IMG/VR virus record: IMGVR_UViG_3300022309_000007
Coordinates: 1-56,472 of that record
Origin: a virus
Lineage: Duplodnaviria; Caudoviricetes
DNA: 56,472 bases
Strand: one strand, 5' to 3'
This document shows, piece by piece, positions 17,738 to 26,143 of the stretch. How positions within the stretch are numbered: the stretch's first letter is position 1; each line of letters begins with the position of its first letter. Under the pieces are notes generated by a model. That model was not told the DNA's origin. It was given only the letters and a program-made list of their open reading frames with translations, and searched no databases. The translations under genes were made by a program, and so were the position numbers.

Positions 17738-18580
17738 GTGACTGAAGTAGTAGCAGAGACACCTGCGGCCGCGGAAGCGGTACCCGCAGCCCCTGAAGCA
17801 GTAACGGAAACACCGGCAGCCGCGCCAGCAGCGCCGGTCGTCAAAGGAACACCGGCTTCGTTGGTGGATGGCGTCAAACCCGGCGAGCCGGCAGAAGCGC
17901 CGAAATGGTTCTTGTCTGAAGGCGTTGGCGGTTCGGGCGATGCGCCTGACTGGTTCAAGGCGGATAAGTACAAGACGGTAGACGAACAAGCTCGCGCGTA
18001 CACGGAACTCGAGAAGAGGTTCGGCGCGTTCGAAGGCGCTCCGAAAGATGGCGTGTACAAGATCAACCCGCCTGAGGGCATCCAAGTAGAGTTCGACACG
18101 GAACACGAGTTGTTCCAAGGACTCAACAAGTGGGCCAAAGAAAGCAACCTGTCCCAGAAGGGTTACGACCAGGTGATCGGAATGCTGGCGAAGTACGAAG
18201 CATCGCTGGCGCCGGACATGGGCGAGATCAAGAAGCAGGTCGGCGAGAACGCAGACGCCCGAATCTCTTCGGCAACGCAATGGGTTAAGTCGAACCTGTC
18301 TACGGACGAGTATTCGGCTTTCTCGAAAGCACTGACCCAGAGTAACGCGGCTGAAGTGTTCAAGGCGTTCGAAGCTGTGATCGCCAAGACACGGCAAGTG
18401 GCTATGCCGAAACCGGGCGAGGATGTAACTTCCGCGGTTGATACCGGCAGAGAGGCGATTCTTGCAGCTCAGAACAAGAAGAACGATAAAGGCGAACGGC
18501 TTTACGATATCGATCCGAAGTACCGGATGGACATTGAAAAGCGGTGGATGGAGTACGCGGCAGCACAGAAAGCTGCCTAG
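17738..18580 (+). CDS. Capsid assembly scaffolding protein
   Basis: Ala/Pro/Glu-rich N-terminus, KYKTVDEQARAYTELEKRFG, C-terminal YxxDPKYR; directly upstream of MCP. Confidence 0.85.
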   Translation: MTEVVAETPAAAEAVPAAPEAVTETPAAAPAAPVVKGTPASLVDGVKPGEPAEAPKWFLSEGVGGSGDAPDWFKADKYKTVDEQARAYTELEKRFGAFEGAPKDGVYKINPPEGIQVEFDTEHELFQGLNKWAKESNLSQKGYDQVIGMLAKYEASLAPDMGEIKKQVGENADARISSATQWVKSNLSTDEYSAFSKALTQSNAAEVFKAFEAVIAKTRQVAMPKPGEDVTSAVDTGREAILAAQNKKNDKGERLYDIDPKYRMDIEKRWMEYAAAQKAA

Positions 18581-18581
18581 T

Positions 18582-18780
18582 TGTTCATCACCTTGGCCTG
18601 CTTACGGGCAGGCTAAGTTAATGAACAGTTTTATCAGAGAAGTATCGGGACCTGCTTTGCAGCCGGTACGGAACTGATCGGAAGAGTCACGAGACGATTC
18701 GAAGCTTGATAGTGCCGGTAATACGGGACCACGATCTAGCTCATGTTGTGAAAGGCAACATTGGTTAAATTTAATCCGTA
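18582..18780 (+). ncRNA. Structured MCP 5-prime leader (hairpin plus multi-stem element)
   Basis: Stems 18582-18627, 18642-18669, 18703-18741, 18743-18761, several with G-U pairs. Confidence 0.5.
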
Positions 18781-18799
18781 AATTACAGGAGACATTACT

Positions 18800-19672
18800 A
18801 TGTCTATCAATCTCGGCGGTGTATTCAGTACGAATACCAATGCCGCAATCATCTCGTATGACAACGAGGTAAAACAGGCGTATCAAGGCGCTGCTTACAT
18901 CCGTAATCGCGTTCGCGTGAAATCGGGTGTTACCGGTCAGACCTACGACTTCCGTACGATGGGAGCAGGTCTTGCCACGCAGCACACGTCGTCTGAACTG
19001 ATCACTCCGCAGGACTACAGCCATGCTAAGAAGCCGGCTACCCTGACCAACTGGAGGGTCGGTGACTACACCGATCTGTTCGACCAGGCGGAAACCACGG
19101 TTGACGAACGTGCTGAACTGGCGAAAGCAAACGGTAAGGCCATTGGCCGTGCCGAAGACCAGCTCATTATCGACGCGCTCGACGCAGCCTCCGGCATTGC
19201 TGGTACGGTTGACGAAGACCTTGGCGGTACGGACAGTCTGATCAACGCAACCAAGCTGCTTCGCGCCAAGCGTTACCTGATGGCGCAGCAGGCCAATGGT
19301 GGCGAGCATACCATTCTGGTGAACGCTGCCGGTCTGGAAGGCGCGCTGTCGGAGACCACGGTTACGTCGGCTGACTATCAGACGTTCCGCGCACTGGTCG
19401 ACGCGAACCTGGACGAGAAAGTGGCGTTCGGCTTCAAGTGGATGGTGATCGAGGATCGTTCGGAAGGCGGCCTGCCGACTGGCTCCAGCAACATTCGTCT
19501 CTGCTTCGCATTCGACAAGTCTGCGGTCGGCCTGGCAGTCGGCATCGAGCCGAAGACGTACGTTGACTGGGTTGGCGAACGGCTGTCGTTCCTGTCGCAG
19601 GCGGTTGTTAAAGCCGGCTCGACGGTTATCGATCCGCTCGGCGTGGTTGAAGTACAGAGCTACGAGGCTTAA
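18800..19672 (+). CDS. Major capsid protein
   Basis: AGGAG RBS; VKQAYQG, YTDLFDQ, DERAEL, AIGRAEDQLIIDAL; between scaffold and terminator. Confidence 0.9.
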   Translation: MSINLGGVFSTNTNAAIISYDNEVKQAYQGAAYIRNRVRVKSGVTGQTYDFRTMGAGLATQHTSSELITPQDYSHAKKPATLTNWRVGDYTDLFDQAETTVDERAELAKANGKAIGRAEDQLIIDALDAASGIAGTVDEDLGGTDSLINATKLLRAKRYLMAQQANGGEHTILVNAAGLEGALSETTVTSADYQTFRALVDANLDEKVAFGFKWMVIEDRSEGGLPTGSSNIRLCFAFDKSAVGLAVGIEPKTYVDWVGERLSFLSQAVVKAGSTVIDPLGVVEVQSYEA

Positions 19673-19676
19673 TTTT

Positions 19677-19710
19677 TCGGGCGGCGGGTAAAACCGTCGT
19701 CCGACTTTTT
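19677..19710 (+). terminator. Rho-independent terminator after MCP
   Basis: TCGGGCGGCGG-GTAAAA-CCGTCGTCCGA followed by CTTTTT. Confidence 0.8.
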
Positions 19711-19745
19711 ACTTCTCGTTTTTCAAATTTTTTGAGGAAATCAAA

Positions 19746-20009
19746 ATGGCATATGAACTCAGTAACCCGGTTCGTCGAATCGGCCCCCAAGGCTCTGGAA
19801 ACTCGCTTTGGATGTACGTGGACGGCGATGCGCTGGCTACGATCGACGGGGCAGATTACTTTCTGCTCGACATTGACAAGTTGAAAGTAGGCGATGTGAT
19901 TATCGCTGTTGGTAACGCGGTATCTGGCATTGGCGTCGTTCTGACGAATAATGGCACCAATATCGACGTATCCAACTTCGCTGGTCAAGCAACGATCGAT
20001 TCCGACTAA
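19746..20009 (+). CDS. Small capsid decoration/minor head protein (putative)
   Basis: GAGGA RBS, post-MCP position, WxYxxxDxxATIxxxxYF...LKVGDVI motif. Confidence 0.75.
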   Translation: MAYELSNPVRRIGPQGSGNSLWMYVDGDALATIDGADYFLLDIDKLKVGDVIIAVGNAVSGIGVVLTNNGTNIDVSNFAGQATIDSD

Positions 20010-20014
20010 TCGCT

Positions 20015-22078
20015 ATGCGATTCGATTGGAAAAAGCAAGGCAGGCTGGCCCTCTTATGGGGGGCCGGCCTTTTTTCGTTTTCAGCAATAGCCGGACCGAC
20101 CGTTCCGGCGCTGATTAACGCGGACGGCACGGTCGACACCGAATACCGTGCCGGCGACAAAACCGCAGGAGACGATCAGGCGATCTGGATTGACACGCCA
20201 AGCCCTACAGCGACCGAAGGCGTGGCGGTCAATTACGACCTGAGACAGGACTGCATCGACCCGGAATCGGCGCCTGTTACGCTCAGTAATCTTGTCTGTG
20301 ACACGGCCCTGCCGACCGGCGTATCCCTGTCCTCGCCCAATATCGTGTTCACGACCGGCACCAGTGCCGGAACGACTACGGGCTGTTCTGCCGATTGCGA
20401 AGACGGCACGACGGCGGCAGTAACGAGCCTTGATTTCAGTATTGTGATATCAGCAGCTCCGGTTGGCATTACAGTCGACGGCGATGGCGGGGCAGATTTC
20501 ACAACGATCCAGGCGGCTGCGAATGCTGCCGTTTGCGGTGACACGATTCTGGTGCGGAATGTCACTGGCGGCGGTGGTAGTTATAACGAGGGTGTAGTCA
20601 CGACCCGTAACTGCACTTCCGGCAATGAGATTGTGATTCAGGCCGACGCCGGGCATGCGCCTGTGTGGACCAAGAGCGGCGGCGGGCTTCATCTGACGTA
20701 TAACCATACCGGATGGGATATAGGTGCCGGCATCCATCTTCAGGGCACTAACCCGTACACGCAAGGCGCTCCATCGAGCGGAAACAACATAGTCGTCATC
20801 AATACCGCCAACAATATCTTTCGTGGCAAGACCACGAAGGCCGGAAACATTGCGGTAGACATTAAGGCCGGTGGAGATAACACCATAATTGCCGACGCCG
20901 ATATCCAGGGATGCGGCTCGGCAGATGACGGCAGTAACGGTGACGGTGGTAACTGTGTCTTTCCGCGCGACGGTATAAATGGATTCTTGCTGGTCAATAC
21001 CCGCGTATCCGAGGGCGGGCACAGCTTGTATCAGTTTTTTCAGGACGACAACTTTCGTTTCGAGAATGTTTTATTTACTAACGACTGGGTACACGCATTC
21101 GGCTGGACCGGGACGATTGGCGTAGGTAATCGCGCCGGTTCGGTTAACAGCAAAGACGGTGGAATCAGCACCAACTATGCCTGGCGCGGTGTTTTAATTA
21201 ACCGGACGCACAGAGCAGTAGATGCCCCAACACAAGCGGCGAAACTTAACGGTTTTGATCTTTCCATTTCGCGCACAATTGTTCTGGATCACAAAGCTGG
21301 CGGTTCTGTGTACTCTATTGCTTCCGGCGGCGGGAATCAGTCGGCTTTTGGTGATATCTTCATTGATCATGAGACGGTCTTCGGGTCTAGCGATGAATAT
21401 ATATTCAGGAACGACAACGGCGGCAGTTCTGCCGGCAGGTTATGGATCAAGAATGTCATTCTGACCAACATCCAAGGTGGTGATGTCATCCAGTTTAACT
21501 ACTGTTCTACGCAGGGCGGGGCGCGAGGGAACTGGCGTCAAAGCCTGTTTGTCGATGGCGTTATTATCGACGCCAACAAGACCGTTGATGTCAATGATAC
21601 TTGCGGCAGCGGCGATGTTACGAACAATATTTTATGGTTCGAGGCGAACGAATCGGGAAACTTTTCCAACATCACGGTAGTAAATCCGAATTTCGTCAGC
21701 ACGACATTGCCGACTTCAACTGTTCCTGCAACGGCTTTATCGCAGGCACGGGCTAACTTCTTGCCGCAGGCAGTCGAGGCCCTTGGTACTGGCAGCCCGT
21801 TGACCACGGTAGTCGGTGCACAGAGCAACGATACTGTCATCGAATTGCCAGCCGATCAGGCGGGTTGGTTCCGCGATGACGATAACAACGGATCGTTTCC
21901 GGATTGGGCTGATTTCGTGGATGGCGACACGATCACGCTCTGCGGGGCGACACGCGAAGTCGTTGGTTACAATCTGACGACCGATACAATAACACTTAAC
22001 TCCGGTGTGACTTGCTCCGGCGGCGAGGGTATCTACCGTGGCAGCGATGCAACGCCTAACATGGGAGCGGTGCTGTGA
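20015..22078 (+). CDS. Signal-peptide-bearing right-handed beta-helix (pectate-lyase-like) protein with Ig-like N-terminal module
   Basis: MRFDWKKQGRLALLWGAGLFSFSAIA signal; LPTGVSL Ig motif; DFTTIQAAANAAVCGDTILV beta-helix cap; 12 Cys. Confidence 0.75.
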   Translation: MRFDWKKQGRLALLWGAGLFSFSAIAGPTVPALINADGTVDTEYRAGDKTAGDDQAIWIDTPSPTATEGVAVNYDLRQDCIDPESAPVTLSNLVCDTALPTGVSLSSPNIVFTTGTSAGTTTGCSADCEDGTTAAVTSLDFSIVISAAPVGITVDGDGGADFTTIQAAANAAVCGDTILVRNVTGGGGSYNEGVVTTRNCTSGNEIVIQADAGHAPVWTKSGGGLHLTYNHTGWDIGAGIHLQGTNPYTQGAPSSGNNIVVINTANNIFRGKTTKAGNIAVDIKAGGDNTIIADADIQGCGSADDGSNGDGGNCVFPRDGINGFLLVNTRVSEGGHSLYQFFQDDNFRFENVLFTNDWVHAFGWTGTIGVGNRAGSVNSKDGGISTNYAWRGVLINRTHRAVDAPTQAAKLNGFDLSISRTIVLDHKAGGSVYSIASGGGNQSAFGDIFIDHETVFGSSDEYIFRNDNGGSSAGRLWIKNVILTNIQGGDVIQFNYCSTQGGARGNWRQSLFVDGVIIDANKTVDVNDTCGSGDVTNNILWFEANESGNFSNITVVNPNFVSTTLPTSTVPATALSQARANFLPQAVEALGTGSPLTTVVGAQSNDTVIELPADQAGWFRDDDNNGSFPDWADFVDGDTITLCGATREVVGYNLTTDTITLNSGVTCSGGEGIYRGSDATPNMGAVL
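20042..20075 (+). terminator. Rho-independent terminator embedded in the signal-peptide codons of 20015..22078
   Basis: AGGCTGGCCCTC-TTATG-GGGGGCCGGCCT-TTTTT. Confidence 0.75.
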
Positions 22079-24426
22079 AGAAGTTAACGGCATTACTTTT
22101 AGCTCTGTTATCGACGGTACAGGCGGTTGCGCAGGTCACGTTTAGCGAAGTCACCGAGTCGATTCGCACCGACACTACAGACCCGTGGACGTTTAACTGC
22201 ACCAATACAGGCACGCCGGAAGGGGTTGCGATACTCATAACCGCAACAGACCCGCAGGCATCGAGCGACATTGATTCTGTCTCGTTCGGCGCGACATCAT
22301 TGTCCCGCGCCGGTTCCGCATACTCTGACACAGCGACCGAACCCGGTACTGTCGAGGGGTGGTTTGCGGGATCGTCCCTGCCGACCGGGGATCAGACCGT
22401 TACCGTTAATTTCGTCTCGGCAAATCCAGCGCCGGATTATTCGTTTGTCTGCGTAACAATACAGGCGAGCACGGATACCGAGGTCATTGACACCGATGGA
22501 CTTAGCGAGAATCAAGCTGATCCGTCCGTAACCTTGCAATACAGTGGACGTACAGCGATAACGCTGGGCGTGTCCTATTGGGGTGCGGGTACGTCGGGTG
22601 TTCCGGCATGGAACGCCAACATGACGGAGTTGGATAATCACGATTTCGGCTCTTTTGTGTACGGTGCCGCTCGTCAGACAACGCCGGGGACCAGCGATTT
22701 CACCTGTTCCGCTACACAAGCGACGGACGACGTGGCCTTTTATTGCATGGCGATCTCGGAAGTGGCTGCTGTTCCGTCGTTTACGAGCGCTCCATCCTGT
22801 TCGGCCACAACGAATGGGGTTTCTTGTAACTACACGGCGAGTGCTGCGTCTACAGCCTATGGCGTGGGGGTTGCTCCGGCAGACGGCGTGCCAACTTGCA
22901 CACAAATAAAAGCGGGCCAGAACGATGGCGGGACCGCTGCCCTTTCAAGCGGCAGTGATGCCAATACAGGCACGGCCGATACGATTAACATAACGGCAAC
23001 CGGGAACATTCCACGACTCGACTATCATTTCTGCCTGAACAATGCGGGCGGCGATAGTGCTGTCGATTCAAGTCAGAGTGACAAGGACCGAAGCGCCAAC
23101 AGTGGCAAGACGCTGACTGCCCTGACTTCGGTTGCCTCTACCTCGTTCCTGGTTAACCCGACCGACGCCACTGGCGACACGGACGGCTCGACTGCCGTTA
23201 TCACGGGCATGACGGACACCAGCGACTTCGAGGTCGGTATGCTGGTCGATGTATCGGCAGGCTTTGCCGATCTGACCGATCTTCTGGTGTTCAACAAGAC
23301 AGCAACTTCATTGACGCTGGAAATCAACTCAAACTCTGTGCAGGCCAATATCACCGTTACGGGTAACGATTACTTTGACCCTGACGCAGCTACCGGAGAC
23401 GTGATCGAGGGCGCAACGACCGCAGTATGCGATGCCGGTACAGATTCTCCTGTAACCTGGGACGTTGATGGCGATTTCAGCTATCCGGCCACCAATTGCG
23501 GGGCGTCGCTGACTACCATCGATTACTGCATCCAGGACGTATCGGCAGCGAACGGGTTGACCACGACACCGGGCGATTGTTTTACGACCTATGACAAGCT
23601 GTACCTGTTCAATTCGGCGCCGACACTGGAAGGGCTGCCGGATATATTGATATGGGATATCAATGTGGCGTTGTCCGGCGTTAGCTTGTCCGGCTATTGC
23701 GGGGACGCAGATTCTCAGCCGCTGACGTACATTACGAGGGCAGGAGCGTGGCCCACTGGCGTATCGTTAGCTGTTGACGGCACGCTTTCCGGTACGCCGA
23801 CAGTAGAGAACGAGTCGGGCGTTACTCTGGACAATATATGTCAAGACCCCGGACTGCTGGCCAGTGCATTCGACGTAACGGTCTACGTGATTGACACATG
23901 GACTATGCCGGACTGCACCGGAGACACGGTAGCGGCTTGTATCACGGCTGTAGATGCTGTGGCGCCGTGGTATGGCGGAGTAGGCATATCCGCCGACGGT
24001 GAGTGCAGTGCGACGGTACCTACAGACGACATCATAAGTCAGTCACCGGTCGAGTTAACAGAAGTCGATAACCCGCTTTCGCTAATCAATGTGTCTGTAT
24101 CGACAGGTTTATGCGCATCATGGGATTTGACGGGGCTTCCATCATCGTGGCGAACTGTGGCGGATGTACTTAGCAATAAGTACTTCGTCGCAATCAAACA
24201 ACAGGAATGCGACGGTGATGGCGTATGGGCCAAATGGCGTGCCGGGACTGAGGTAACGCCTCGCGGTTCATCGAATTGTGTGTTGCAAAGAGATGTTATT
24301 CGAGCAGAGGCTGATGGTGCTGCTACTTGGGCTCGTTGGAGGCCGGGTACTAATCGTAACTCCAGCAATCTTCAATTGAAAGTAAGGTCTGCTTTAACGG
24401 TGGATTTTGTACTAACACCAAACTAA
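22075..24426 (+). CDS. Signal-peptide-bearing multidomain protein with He_PIG-type Ig and PASTA-like domains
   Basis: MKKLTALLLALLSTVQAVA signal; WPTGVSLAVDGTLSGTPT; MPDCTG...SATVPTDDIISQSP...VSVSTG; 20 Cys. Confidence 0.75.
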   Translation: MKKLTALLLALLSTVQAVAQVTFSEVTESIRTDTTDPWTFNCTNTGTPEGVAILITATDPQASSDIDSVSFGATSLSRAGSAYSDTATEPGTVEGWFAGSSLPTGDQTVTVNFVSANPAPDYSFVCVTIQASTDTEVIDTDGLSENQADPSVTLQYSGRTAITLGVSYWGAGTSGVPAWNANMTELDNHDFGSFVYGAARQTTPGTSDFTCSATQATDDVAFYCMAISEVAAVPSFTSAPSCSATTNGVSCNYTASAASTAYGVGVAPADGVPTCTQIKAGQNDGGTAALSSGSDANTGTADTINITATGNIPRLDYHFCLNNAGGDSAVDSSQSDKDRSANSGKTLTALTSVASTSFLVNPTDATGDTDGSTAVITGMTDTSDFEVGMLVDVSAGFADLTDLLVFNKTATSLTLEINSNSVQANITVTGNDYFDPDAATGDVIEGATTAVCDAGTDSPVTWDVDGDFSYPATNCGASLTTIDYCIQDVSAANGLTTTPGDCFTTYDKLYLFNSAPTLEGLPDILIWDINVALSGVSLSGYCGDADSQPLTYITRAGAWPTGVSLAVDGTLSGTPTVENESGVTLDNICQDPGLLASAFDVTVYVIDTWTMPDCTGDTVAACITAVDAVAPWYGGVGISADGECSATVPTDDIISQSPVELTEVDNPLSLINVSVSTGLCASWDLTGLPSSWRTVADVLSNKYFVAIKQQECDGDGVWAKWRAGTEVTPRGSSNCVLQRDVIRAEADGAATWARWRPGTNRNSSNLQLKVRSALTVDFVLTPN

Positions 24427-24427
24427 T

Positions 24428-25027
24428 ATGAAAGCATTGATCGTCGCAGGGAGTGCGCCGTGTGTGTTCGAGGATATAGCTGCCGCCAGAGAGCTGTACC
24501 CGGACGCTGACACGATCACCATCAACGAAGCGTGTGGCGGTGTTGAGAACATTCAGCACATGCTGGCCGGGCATACCGTGAAGGCTGAAGCCTTCGTGGA
24601 GTACCGGCGGGAGAAGTTCCCGAATTGGGAGCAGCCGATAGCGGTACACGCAAGCTGGCATAGATTGAACGAAGCGCCAAGGGACGACTACCCAAGCGTT
24701 ACAGACTGGCACGGTGGCGATGTAATTACCGGCGCCAGCTCTGCCGGTAAAGCAATACAGATTGGATTGAAGCTGGGGTATGAGCCTATCATCTTGGCCG
24801 GTTGCCCCATGAACGGTAGCGGGTACTTCAACCAGGCGGAGACGGATCGATTTCAGAAGGCTTTTATGAAGTTCGGTAAGTGCCGGCGCATCGGGGATGC
24901 AGCCGAACAGCAGCACCGATCGATTCAGAAGTACCGCGAAAAATTCAAAGAACTGTCGGACACCGTTTGGAAAGGCAAGGTGTTCTCTATGTCCGGGTAC
25001 ACACGAGACTGTCTGGGGGCTCCGTGA
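24428..25027 (+). CDS. Sialyltransferase/MptE(DUF115)-like Rossmann-fold protein, putative glycosyltransferase
   Basis: IVAGSAPC, ITINE, SSAGKAIQIGLKLGYEPIILAGCPM motifs. Confidence 0.6.
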   Translation: MKALIVAGSAPCVFEDIAAARELYPDADTITINEACGGVENIQHMLAGHTVKAEAFVEYRREKFPNWEQPIAVHASWHRLNEAPRDDYPSVTDWHGGDVITGASSAGKAIQIGLKLGYEPIILAGCPMNGSGYFNQAETDRFQKAFMKFGKCRRIGDAAEQQHRSIQKYREKFKELSDTVWKGKVFSMSGYTRDCLGAP

Positions 25028-25575
25028 GCTATTCACGCGAAAATGAAATAGGAAGATACCGTGAAGCCTATAAAAGCCCGCGCTACGGTATGGGAGATAA
25101 GCGCAAGCGCAAAGCCGCTGAAGTTCTTGCAGCGTTGGAGCCGGGCTCTCTACTCGATGTGGGCGCTGGCCGCGGTGAGGGTGTCATGCTGGCGCGCGCA
25201 GCCGGGCACGACCCAGTAGTAGGGATCGAGCCGGTGGAGTATCTGGCAGGCAAGAACAACATCATGGTCGGCGTGGCTACTGATCTGCCGTTCGCAACGC
25301 ATTCATGGGATACAGTGATGTGCCTGGACGTACTGGAACATCTGGTTCCGGAGGACGTGGAGCCGGCGCTGCTTGAGTTCCGGCGCGTTGCCAAGAAGAC
25401 CGTTTTCCTCACGGCGAGTGAACGGCCGCATCGGTTCAAGAATCTGGGTGATCTGCACATATCCAAACGGCCGATCGCAGAGTGGCAAGAATTGTTCGAG
25501 AAAGTTTTCACGTTCGCGGAAATCAAACCGCTGGGCATGGTGGGCGTAAGCCCCGGCTGGCTCATAAGAGTTTAA
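25024..25575 (+). CDS. Class I SAM-dependent methyltransferase (GTG start at 25024)
   Basis: LLDVGAGRG, GIEP, DLPF...WDTVMCLDVLEHL. Confidence 0.88.
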   Translation: MSYSRENEIGRYREAYKSPRYGMGDKRKRKAAEVLAALEPGSLLDVGAGRGEGVMLARAAGHDPVVGIEPVEYLAGKNNIMVGVATDLPFATHSWDTVMCLDVLEHLVPEDVEPALLEFRRVAKKTVFLTASERPHRFKNLGDLHISKRPIAEWQELFEKVFTFAEIKPLGMVGVSPGWLIRV

Positions 25576-25576
25576 C

Positions 25577-26143
25577 ATGGCAATCGTAACAAACAGTAAA
25601 ATAGACTTGATCAGCGACGCTTTGATCCTGTGTGGTGAGAAGCCGCTTACGTCGTTGAGCGATAATCGCTATGGCGCCACAGTCGGGTCGAATCTATTCG
25701 AGATCATCTACGAAAACGAACTTCAGTCAAACCGCTGGCGGTTCGCTTGTACCAAGAAGGCTCTTAGCCGGTTGGTTGCTGCGCCGTTGAATCAGTGGTC
25801 TTACGCTTATCAGCTCCCATCGGACATGCTATTGCCGATCGGTGTATACCCGCCCGATCTTCAATACGAGATTTATGCGGACCATCTGTACTCGGACCGT
25901 ACGTCCATTGAGCTGGACTATATGTTCAAGCCGGAAGTAACCGATTGCCCGGCGTACTTCACCAAACTGATCGTATATGCACTGGCAAAGGACATGATCA
26001 AAGCGATCACGGAAAGCGACAACGCTGTGCAGATTATGACTCAGAAGTACAATATGCAAAAAGGTATCGCCATGTACGCGGATGCGCAGGGACGACCGGC
26101 GAAGCCCGTATTCGACTCACCCTATACCGATGTGCGCTATTAA
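25577..26143 (+). CDS. Tail tubular protein A / adaptor (T7 gp11-like)
   Basis: ISDALILCGEKPLTSL, WRFA, YAYQLPSD, final DAQ motif. Confidence 0.85.
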   Translation: MAIVTNSKIDLISDALILCGEKPLTSLSDNRYGATVGSNLFEIIYENELQSNRWRFACTKKALSRLVAAPLNQWSYAYQLPSDMLLPIGVYPPDLQYEIYADHLYSDRTSIELDYMFKPEVTDCPAYFTKLIVYALAKDMIKAITESDNAVQIMTQKYNMQKGIAMYADAQGRPAKPVFDSPYTDVRY

